Made by a program: the position numbers and the translations under genes. A stretch of 64,000 nt of DNA, taken from the NCBI GenBank assembly GCA_965223545.1, contig OZ245006.1, positions 3,616,001-3,680,000 on the forward strand, read 5' to 3'. Below, one piece after another: positions 20,113 through 27,917 of this stretch; position 1 is the stretch's first letter; each line of letters starts with the position of its first letter. This stretch comes from Planctomycetota bacterium (GTDB taxonomy: Bacteria > Planctomycetota > UBA1135 > UBA2386). The notes beneath the pieces are model-generated. The model saw only the letters and a program-made list of their open reading frames with translations. It searched no databases and had not been told where the DNA came from.

Positions 20113-20120
20113 GGCTTTTC

Positions 20121-22724
20121 CTATCGATGGTCCACCGCCGAAAGCGCGCTCTCCCAGCGCTGCAAGAAGCTATCCGAGTGCTTGTCGTCGTGACATTCTA
20201 GACACACTTGCTGTGGAGGCGTCAGCCGAATGTTTTGAGCTGTTGGCGCTCGGACGTGGTCTTGTCCTGCGCCGTGACAGGCTTCACATTGCACGCCCTC
20301 CAAGCCCGCATCAGGCGTGTTCATCGTGAAACCATCTTCCCTACCGAGTCCCAGCACGTGGCAACGCACGCAATTCGGGTTACGAGCTCGGCCTCGCTTG
20401 CGCAGCGTAGCCATCGCACCCGCATGAGCCGTGCCCAACCACTGCACGTACTCCTGCGGATGGCAGCTCTGGCACGCTGCCGCTCCCACGTACTGCTGCT
20501 TCGACCAATCGTCCCAAGCGAATAGCGGGCTAAGATTCGTCATAAGGGACGGGTCTAGCGATACGTGCTGGTAGTGTTGATCGATCTGCGCAACAACCTC
20601 GGCATCGCGCTCAGCATCCGCGGGAAGTTCGATTCTGGATATTGTCGCCCCGCGCAAACGCCCGTCCCCTGAATACGATATCCGCAAATCCGTAATCCCA
20701 TAACTGCGCGCATAGTCGTGCACCAGCAAGGTCTCTCCGACAAGCCCCAATGGTTGTCGCCAAATTTCCGAAGCTTGCTCACCGTTGATAACAATATCTA
20801 CACCCAAGCTACACAGCTGTTTTTGCGTCGGCACAGAAAACCGGCCAATTACGACTACAATGTCGGCCTCGTCCCGTAGTTGCTCAACGAGTTCCGACAA
20901 CTCCCCCGTACCACAGGGGAACTTCACGCCAACTGCGTTACGTTCTAGCGCTTCGCTCAGCGTGCTGTAATTGTGCTTTTCTGAAAGTCCAATGATCCCA
21001 AATCTTTTGCCTTGGCTTTCGGTGGCCACCATCGATCGGAACATCCGCTCGCCACCCTTACTGATCCCGTGACCCAAGAGGACTAGATCCTCACGCTCAA
21101 ACAACTTTGCCGCTACCGATGGCTGTGCTAACAGCTCGCTTGGCCCAACACAAATGGCGTCGTAGCCAACACTTGCCATCGCATCCAAGTGCAACGGAAC
21201 CTCCATTTCCACAAACGGGTCGAGTCGAGGATTCGACGGCCGCGTTGGTAGGAAGTTACCCAAGTCGAGCAGCAGCAACTCCCCGGCCTTCTGCGCATTC
21301 TTGATCGCCGCCACACGACGCGCCAATCCCCCACTTTCGTTGGCGCGACAGCCACAGTTCTCAAGGTGCCCGTCGGTGTTTGCCGTGACCAGAATACGCA
21401 GTTCCTTGGCTTGAGCTCCATCTTCACCGTCATCCGCCGGTGGTTCGGGCACTTCCTCCAACACAAGCTCCCACTCCTTTTCAAAGCCAGCAACAAACGG
21501 TGCCTCCTTAGCCGCTCGGATGTAGACTCCCTCCACGGCGACCCGGTCGGCATCCCCAGATGCCAGCCGGGGCAGATCCTTACCGTCCCAGGAGCGCGTC
21601 AGTTGCGCCAGGCCACCGCGCTCAGCGAGCAGTTGATCGAGCTCGTAAAGCACCGTAGCTGCCTTCGTAGTAACCCACGGTTTGAACTTGCCGTAGAGCT
21701 CAGCGCGGGCCGCGATGTCGCGCTCACGCAACCAGGTGAACTCTAGGGAACTTCTGGCATCGCTGTTGTCCAGCCCAAGGCGCCAAGGCACAACCTGGGC
21801 CAGATACTCTGTCAGGCCGAGGCCAAACCACGGCACAGAATCTGTCGCCGGGTACCATGAACGCACAGCCTCTCGAATCATGCGTCGAAGACTACCAACG
21901 TCCGCCTGCATGATGTCGACGACGATAAATCCCCCACCCTGCCCCTTCTCCAGACGCAAAAGATCGTCCGCCGTAGGAATCAGTGCAATCGCTAGATCTC
22001 GTCGCGGTGGACCAAGAACCCGGTTTAGCTCTGCCAAGATTGCACGCACGCTCCCCACGGTCGCTGAGGGAATCTCGGCGTGAGCGTAGAGCGAACACCT
22101 GGGCTCCTCCGTTTCCATTAGGTGAAGACTCCCCGCAACAAAGCTCCACCCCCAGATCTCTTGTTCAACACTTGCAGCACTCGTCGCCGTGGGAAATGTC
22201 GATACAACACTCCACTGCTCAGGAACCTCTATCGAGAAAGATAACCCGTCGGCAGATACCGGAAGCAACACGCAACTCGCCGCCGTGATATAGCAATAGC
22301 TGTCTGCACTAATGCCCGCGTGCCGCTCCTCTCCACAGGGGACGGATACCTTGCGGACTGGCGGGGTCACGCTGTACGCCACGGTGAACGCCTGATCACT
22401 AGGTGCGATTTCGTAGCAAGTAAATCGGGAAGTCGTTTTCCCTGTTGGCGCATAGCGAGCACGAGGCGTGATCCCCAACAACGTTCCGCTCTCATCCTGC
22501 GCCGAGAGGTTCTCCAGGTTAACAAGCCGGTCAGAAAGCAGAGCACTGAGCAAGGTGCCTGAAGCAGAAGGCGGAAGCTCAAGCCGCACGCCCACCTTAC
22601 CACTCTCGGGATCGGGGCGGATTACATAGTGCGCCGTTTGGACGCCTCGGGAGCTTTGGGCAAATAGGTTCCATGCAAAGAACCCGACTAGAGCCGCGGC
22701 AAACGCTGTCAGCAAGGTCTTCAT
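20121..22724 (-). CDS. Secreted fusion: degenerate M61/M1-like peptidase + UshA/5'-nucleotidase-like CGC domain + tetraheme cytochrome c (c554-like)
   Basis: Signal peptide. REAVRSWYP...WFGLGLTEYLA (gluzincin-like without HExxH). NTDGHLENCGC...GGLARR...DLGN. Four CxxCH: CQSCH, CVRCH, CEACH, CLECH. Confidence 0.8.
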   Translation of the reverse strand: MKTLLTAFAAALVGFFAWNLFAQSSRGVQTAHYVIRPDPESGKVGVRLELPPSASGTLLSALLSDRLVNLENLSAQDESGTLLGITPRARYAPTGKTTSRFTCYEIAPSDQAFTVAYSVTPPVRKVSVPCGEERHAGISADSYCYITAASCVLLPVSADGLSFSIEVPEQWSVVSTFPTATSAASVEQEIWGWSFVAGSLHLMETEEPRCSLYAHAEIPSATVGSVRAILAELNRVLGPPRRDLAIALIPTADDLLRLEKGQGGGFIVVDIMQADVGSLRRMIREAVRSWYPATDSVPWFGLGLTEYLAQVVPWRLGLDNSDARSSLEFTWLRERDIAARAELYGKFKPWVTTKAATVLYELDQLLAERGGLAQLTRSWDGKDLPRLASGDADRVAVEGVYIRAAKEAPFVAGFEKEWELVLEEVPEPPADDGEDGAQAKELRILVTANTDGHLENCGCRANESGGLARRVAAIKNAQKAGELLLLDLGNFLPTRPSNPRLDPFVEMEVPLHLDAMASVGYDAICVGPSELLAQPSVAAKLFEREDLVLLGHGISKGGERMFRSMVATESQGKRFGIIGLSEKHNYSTLSEALERNAVGVKFPCGTGELSELVEQLRDEADIVVVIGRFSVPTQKQLCSLGVDIVINGEQASEIWRQPLGLVGETLLVHDYARSYGITDLRISYSGDGRLRGATISRIELPADAERDAEVVAQIDQHYQHVSLDPSLMTNLSPLFAWDDWSKQQYVGAAACQSCHPQEYVQWLGTAHAGAMATLRKRGRARNPNCVRCHVLGLGREDGFTMNTPDAGLEGVQCEACHGAGQDHVRAPTAQNIRLTPPQQVCLECHDDKHSDSFLQRWESALSAVDHR

Positions 22725-22758
22725 CGTGGCAAGTCTCTCTCGGTCCGTGCGGGCAAAC

Positions 22759-22788
22759 GTGAGTCCGGGAGCGCACTCCCGGACTCAC
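22759..22788. repeat. Perfect 13-bp inverted repeat (stem-loop) between peptide gene and cytochrome fusion
   Basis: GTGAGTCCGGGAG-CGCA-CTCCCGGACTCAC. Only a short GTTT follows on the minus strand. Confidence 0.9.
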
Positions 22789-22811
22789 AACTGGCAAAGA
22801 CGGTCTACCGC

Positions 22812-23072
22812 CTACGGCTCCTGCGGCTCGCTGTTACACTGTTCAGTGTCGCAGCGCTGTGCCGGAACGTAGCTGATCAGGCAGGCCAGGTGCGTCTTCT
22901 TTTCGCACTCACTCTTGCTTTTGCACTGCTCGTTCGGGCAGCCGGGAATCGTGGACTCCATGGACATCATGGAGCTCACTGCCGGCAGGCAGTTGGCCTG
23001 AGGAACAGCGCTGCTCAAAGCGCCAGTCAGGAGGCCGGCCAGCAGGCCGGCGAGAATGAACGACTTTCTCAT
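22812..23072 (-). CDS. Small secreted Cys-rich peptide (86 aa, 7 Cys)
   Basis: GAAAGGA SD upstream. Signal MRKSFILAGLLAGLLTGALSSA. CPNEQC and CDTEQC repeats. Confidence 0.7.
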   Translation of the reverse strand: MRKSFILAGLLAGLLTGALSSAVPQANCLPAVSSMMSMESTIPGCPNEQCKSKSECEKKTHLACLISYVPAQRCDTEQCNSEPQEP

Positions 23073-23799
23073 CAGGATTACATTCCTTTCAAAGAAGTTT
23101 CGGTTCCGAAGAACCACTCTCCGGCGACCCCCATGGCCGCAGGTACAGCCAAAACGTAACTCTCCGCCCCCTCCTGTCGATCCCCGACATTCCCGCACTC
23201 CATGTATGTGGGCAAGCTGTTCGGAGCTCCAGAATCTATGGAAGCTCTGCTCCATCAGTATTTCGACAGTCCAGCAGCTGCACTGCTGACTCACACCCGG
23301 GAACCCTATTGGACACAACGCTTTCTGAAACCGGAGACAACGAGCGACCGGCCTCTCTACTGCCTTCCGACTGCGTGGGCGACATTGGACCGGCCACACC
23401 GTTGCGCGATGTTTTGTCGCGCCCGAAGACCTGGCTTCCCTGGGTCTCGGATGTCTCAGCGCGGCCGGGGCCGCAACCAAGCTCGGATGCCGCTCTACTC
23501 GGAGCGGTTTGGAAGGTCCAACCCATCCGCCGCCGCGCTGAGCCAGGAGGCACTGTCTCTCCGAGCCTCCGGCGCGGCGGCGCCGTTGTCAGGGCGGCGG
23601 CGTCGCCTCGAGAATATTGTCGCCGCTCGGTGACTCGTGGCGCCGGTGGCTCAGACCGGCGATATGTCTCGAATGGTTGCCCGGGAAACTTCGGTTCGAG
23701 GCCGGCGTGAACGCCGGCCTCTCTCTGTTAACACACGGCAAGGTCGCGGCCGGCTCACCGACGAAGAGTTCGCCGCCGCAACTCGCCCCTACGCCTAAC

Positions 23800-24118
23800 G
23801 CATAATCACGTCGTGTAGCAGCCCAAACACCCGCCAATTGGCTGGTGTCGGAACGTGCTGGAAAAGCCCTCGTTAGAAATCCGGCGTGCCAAGTAGCGTG
23901 GTCGAGTTCGGAACTCGCAAGCCCAGCGATTCGTTACCCGCATCATCAAGCGCTACCACGGGCAGCGCGACGGCGGTGCCAGGGTTCGGACCTAGCTTCC
24001 CGTGGGGCGAAAGCCTGACAAGCGGAGTCGGCGCCCGTCCTGACAGGAACGGCACGACTCCAGCGGCGGCCGGGCGAGCTACGAATCGAACCGCAAACCG
24101 CGCGCCAACACGGGCCAA
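23800..24118 (-). pseudogene. Orphan remnant of the shared C-terminal domain
   Basis: RVGARFAVRF...FLS...LDDAGNESLGLRVPNSTTLLGT resembles the CTD pattern. No N-terminal part. Limits approximate. Confidence 0.4.
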
Positions 24119-24243
24119 ATAGGGCGTCGCGATGTGATGTTGCTGGTTGAGCGCCCGGAGAGGTTCGTTTGCGCTGCGCGCGCAGCGAACGGGTTTCGAG
24201 CTGTCGAAAGCACTCTGCTTCCAAAACCCCCCAAGCGAACAAC

Positions 24244-25380
24244 GTGAGCACCCCGAAGAAGCGACGCAAGGCCCGGCGCCGGGCCGAGAAGTTCATGGAC
24301 GAGGCGTGGGAGGCGGTCCTGCGGAACGACCTCGCCGCTGCCGAGAAGTACGGCCGCCGCGCGGTCGACGCGGGCCCGATGAACCCGCGGCTGTGGTTGG
24401 ACCACGGCCGCATCCTGCTGCAGTGCGAGGAGCGCGACGAGGCCGAGGCTGCGTTCCGGCAGGCGATCGCGTTGGCGCCCACCTTCGCCGACGCGTTCAC
24501 AGCGCTGGCCGATCTGCAGGCGCAGGCCGGCAAGCTGGTGCAGGCGGAGCGGCTGCAGGCGCGTGCGGTGGAGCTGGCTCCGGACGACGCCGAGGCCAAC
24601 AACCGCCTCGAGAGCTACCGGTGCCTGCTGCCCCCGAGCGGCGCCGGACCGACCGCGGATGCTCGCGAGCCACCGAAGACCACGACGCTGACCGACCGGT
24701 TCGATTGGGACGCAATCGCCGCCGCGCTGCGGGCGCACGGCATGGCTCCCCTGCGCGGGTTGCTGTCCGCCGCCGAGTGCGGAGAGCTCGCCGCCCTGTG
24801 GGACGACGAAGAGCGTTTCGAGCACAGCGTGCGCTACGACAGCGAGTCCGAGGGGCGCGTTGCATACCGCTTCTTCGCGCCGCCGTTGCCGCCGCTGATC
24901 ACCGCCCTGCGCAGTGAGATCTACGGCCGCGCGGCCATCATCTGCAACGAGTGGAACGTAATGCTCGGCCGGCCCGAACGGTTCCCCGCAACACTCGAGG
25001 ACTTCCTGGCCCGCTGCCGCGACGCGGGGCAGTACCGCTCCACGCCGATCCTGCTGCGCTACGAGGCCGGCGGCTTCAACGCCCCCCACCGCGACATCGC
25101 CGGCAAGTTGTGGTTCCCGCTCCAGCTCGCGGTGACGCTGGGGCCGGGCTGCAGCGACGACGGCGGCGGCGGCGAGCTGCTGCTCGTCGACCAACGTCCC
25201 GGCAAGCGTGTGCGCCAGCGCGCCCTACCGACTTCGGTGGGCGACGGCGTGCTGTTCTGCACACGCGAGCGACTGGTCGAGGTCGCGGGTGCCGTGGGCC
25301 TGCAAGGCGTGCAGCACGCGGTGGCGCCCGTGCGTCGCCCGCGCCTCGCGGTGGGCATCCCCTTCCACGAGCACGGGTGA
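24244..25380 (+). CDS. TPR-repeat + 2OG-Fe(II) oxygenase (DUF2086-like) fusion
   Basis: EAEAAFRQAIALAP TPRs. LLRYEAGGFNAPHRD (HxD), FPLQ, GGELLLVDQRP, VQH, GIPFH. GTG start assumed. Confidence 0.85.
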   Translation: MSTPKKRRKARRRAEKFMDEAWEAVLRNDLAAAEKYGRRAVDAGPMNPRLWLDHGRILLQCEERDEAEAAFRQAIALAPTFADAFTALADLQAQAGKLVQAERLQARAVELAPDDAEANNRLESYRCLLPPSGAGPTADAREPPKTTTLTDRFDWDAIAAALRAHGMAPLRGLLSAAECGELAALWDDEERFEHSVRYDSESEGRVAYRFFAPPLPPLITALRSEIYGRAAIICNEWNVMLGRPERFPATLEDFLARCRDAGQYRSTPILLRYEAGGFNAPHRDIAGKLWFPLQLAVTLGPGCSDDGGGGELLLVDQRPGKRVRQRALPTSVGDGVLFCTRERLVEVAGAVGLQGVQHAVAPVRRPRLAVGIPFHEHG

Positions 25381-25467
25381 GCGCGGCCGGCGCCGCCGCG
25401 GCGGGTCTGCGCGCTCGACCGGACTCTCGGACAGGTCTTTCTCCTTTGGCTTGCTAAGATCCGTCGC

Positions 25468-26037
25468 GTGACCGCATTCCAACCCACCGAGGCCAAGGCA
25501 CGCCTCCTGCACTTGGTCCGCACGCACGCCTACCGCGACGGGCTCGACATCGTGCTGGCCTCCGGCAAGCGCAGCGACTTCTACATCAACGGGAAGAAGG
25601 TGACGCTCGATCCCGAGGGGTTGTGGCTCCTGGGCAGATTGATGCTGGAGCAGCTGCGTGCGCTGCCGCAAGTGACGGCAATCGGCGGGCTGACGCTCGG
25701 CGCCGACCCGATCGCGGCGGCGGTCGCGGTCCTGTCGCACGAGACCGGCCAGAATCTGCGCGCCTTCATGGTGCGCAAGGAGCCCAAGGGGCACGGCACC
25801 GGCTCGCTGATCGAGGGCGATCTCGAGCCCGGCGAGAAGGTCGCGGTCATCGAGGACACGATCACCACCGGTGCGTCGGCGCGCAAAGCAATCGACGCGG
25901 TGCGTGCCGCGGGCGCCGAGCCGGTGGTCGTGTTGGCGCTGGCCGACCGGGAAGACAAGGACGCCGACGCGTTCCGCGCCGAATTCGACGTGCGCCCGGT
26001 GCTGGCGTTGTCGGAAATTCGCGGAGGCGGCGCATGA
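25468..26037 (+). CDS. pyrE: Orotate phosphoribosyltransferase
   Basis: LASGKRSDFYI, GGLTLGADPI, VRKEPKGHG, VIEDTITTGAS. Confidence 0.95.
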   Translation: MTAFQPTEAKARLLHLVRTHAYRDGLDIVLASGKRSDFYINGKKVTLDPEGLWLLGRLMLEQLRALPQVTAIGGLTLGADPIAAAVAVLSHETGQNLRAFMVRKEPKGHGTGSLIEGDLEPGEKVAVIEDTITTGASARKAIDAVRAAGAEPVVVLALADREDKDADAFRAEFDVRPVLALSEIRGGGA

Positions 26038-26510
26038 CCGAGTACAGCGGCACGGCACAAGGCCTGGGGCGCATCGTCAGCGGCCTGTTCGTGCTCACCG
26101 CCGGCCGCGGTGAGCACGCCACCGGAATGCTCGCCTCGTTCGTCCAGCAGGCGGGCTTCGAGCCGCCGGCGGTCACCGTCGCGCTGAAGAAGGGAAGGCC
26201 GATCACCGCGCTCGTGCAGGACACCGGCGCGTTCTGCATCTCGGTCCTGCACGACGGGTCCATGGGCCTGCTGGCCCACTTTGCCCGCGGCTTCGAGCCG
26301 GGCGTACCGGCGTTCGACGGGATCGAGGTGGTCACCGCGGTGAACGGTGTGCCCTATCTGCGCGACGCGCACGCGTTCGTCGCCTGCGAAGTGCTCGGCA
26401 CGGGCGACTGGAGCGACCACTTGGTCGTCTGCGGGCGGGTGCTCGACGGCGGCCGCAGCGACGAAGATCAGCCGCTGACCCACGTGCGCAAGAACGGGCT
26501 CAGCTACTGA
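26034..26510 (+). CDS. Flavin reductase family protein
   Basis: GLFVLTA, GMLASFVQQAGFEPP, DHLVVCGRV, HVRKNGLSY. ATGA overlap with pyrE. Confidence 0.9.
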   Translation: MTEYSGTAQGLGRIVSGLFVLTAGRGEHATGMLASFVQQAGFEPPAVTVALKKGRPITALVQDTGAFCISVLHDGSMGLLAHFARGFEPGVPAFDGIEVVTAVNGVPYLRDAHAFVACEVLGTGDWSDHLVVCGRVLDGGRSDEDQPLTHVRKNGLSY

Positions 26511-26521
26511 GCGGCGACCCC

Positions 26522-27103
26522 GTGCCACCAACCGCGACCGCTCTAGTGCTCGCCGCCGGCCGCGGCCGCCGTATGGGTGCCGACAAGGCGCTGCTCGATC
26601 TCGGTGGACGGTGTGCGCTGCAGCGGATCCTGGACTGCTGCGCAGCGGTCGGCGAAACCGTCGTCGTACGTCGGGCCGACGCCGCGCCGGTCGCCGCGGT
26701 CTGCGCTGAACGAGCGCACGTCGTCACGATCGAAGGCGACGGCGACATGCTGCACAGCATCAAGGAGGGTTGGGCCGCCCGACGGGGCGACGGGCCGGTT
26801 CTGATCTTCCCGGTCGATCACGCGATGGTCGGCGCAGCGGTGCCGGCCGCTCTGCTCGCGCACCTCGATGCGACGCGCCACATCGCGCTGCCGCTGTTCG
26901 AGGCACGGCCCGGCCACCCGATCGCGCTGGCGGCCCAACTCATCTCAGAGGTGAGCGCGCCGCGAACGACCACGCTCCGCGACGTGATCGGCGCGGACCC
27001 TTCCCGCGTCGCCGCCGTCACCGTTGCCGATCCCTGGGTGCTCCGCGACCTCGATACGCCCGAGGATCTCGACCGGGCACGCGCTTGGCTCAAGGCCCGT
27101 TAG
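26522..27103 (+). CDS. MobA/MocA-like nucleotidyltransferase
   Basis: LVLAAGRGRRMGADKALL, FPVDH, GHP, DLDTPEDL. Confidence 0.9.
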   Translation: MPPTATALVLAAGRGRRMGADKALLDLGGRCALQRILDCCAAVGETVVVRRADAAPVAAVCAERAHVVTIEGDGDMLHSIKEGWAARRGDGPVLIFPVDHAMVGAAVPAALLAHLDATRHIALPLFEARPGHPIALAAQLISEVSAPRTTTLRDVIGADPSRVAAVTVADPWVLRDLDTPEDLDRARAWLKAR

Positions 27104-27131
27104 CCGCCGACTCTGGCGTACTATCGCGAAC

Positions 27132-27896
27132 ATGCGCACCTTCTTCGCCGCGGTCGGCCTCGCCCTGATCTCGCCGAGCTGCCTGGGAGTCGCCGACGTC
27201 GGCGCCAGCGCTGAGTTCGGCTGGATGCAGGTGGGCGTGCGCGGGGACGCCGGCCTGGCAGCGACCGGAACCACGGGCACCCCGTCCACCGTCGACGTCG
27301 AAGACGAGCTCGGGCTCGGCGACGTCGGCGCGCCCTACGCCCGCGTCGAGCTCGACTTGAGCCTCGCGCACGTCACGCTATCGGCGTTTCGCTACTCCGA
27401 GAACTCGCGCGGAGCGCTGTCGTCGGGGTTCGGCATGATCCCCGCCACCGCACCGGTGCGCGCCGACACCGAGCTCAACAACGTCAAGGCCGCGGTCGGC
27501 TTCGACGTGCTCGAGCTGCCGGTGTTCCGCCTGTCGCCGGGGATCGCCATCGACTACTTCGACGTCGACATGCGGGTCGAGTCGCCGCCGTTCGGCGCCG
27601 AGGAGACGCTGCGCATCGACGCGCCGATCCCCGAGCTCTTCTTGCAGGCCGAGGTCGACCTCGGCGTGGTTTCGGCGACGGTCGATGTCAGCGGCATGTC
27701 GGCCGACATCGGTGATGTCTCGGGCGAGTTCGCCGACGTCGAAGCGCTGCTCCGCGTGCACCCGGCCGCCCATTTGCAGCTGTTCGGCGGCTACCGCTGG
27801 TTGTCCATCGAAGCCGACGGCACCAGCGACGGGCAGCGCTTCGACGCGGACCTCCGCATCAGCGGTTGGTTCGTCGGCGGCGGCGTGACGTTCTGA
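27132..27896 (+). CDS. Outer-membrane beta-barrel protein
   Basis: Signal peptide, alternating beta strands, GGYRW, C-terminal GWFVGGGVTF. Confidence 0.8.
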   Translation: MRTFFAAVGLALISPSCLGVADVGASAEFGWMQVGVRGDAGLAATGTTGTPSTVDVEDELGLGDVGAPYARVELDLSLAHVTLSAFRYSENSRGALSSGFGMIPATAPVRADTELNNVKAAVGFDVLELPVFRLSPGIAIDYFDVDMRVESPPFGAEETLRIDAPIPELFLQAEVDLGVVSATVDVSGMSADIGDVSGEFADVEALLRVHPAAHLQLFGGYRWLSIEADGTSDGQRFDADLRISGWFVGGGVTF

Positions 27897-27917
27897 CTCG
27901 GGGACGACGCCGCCCGA

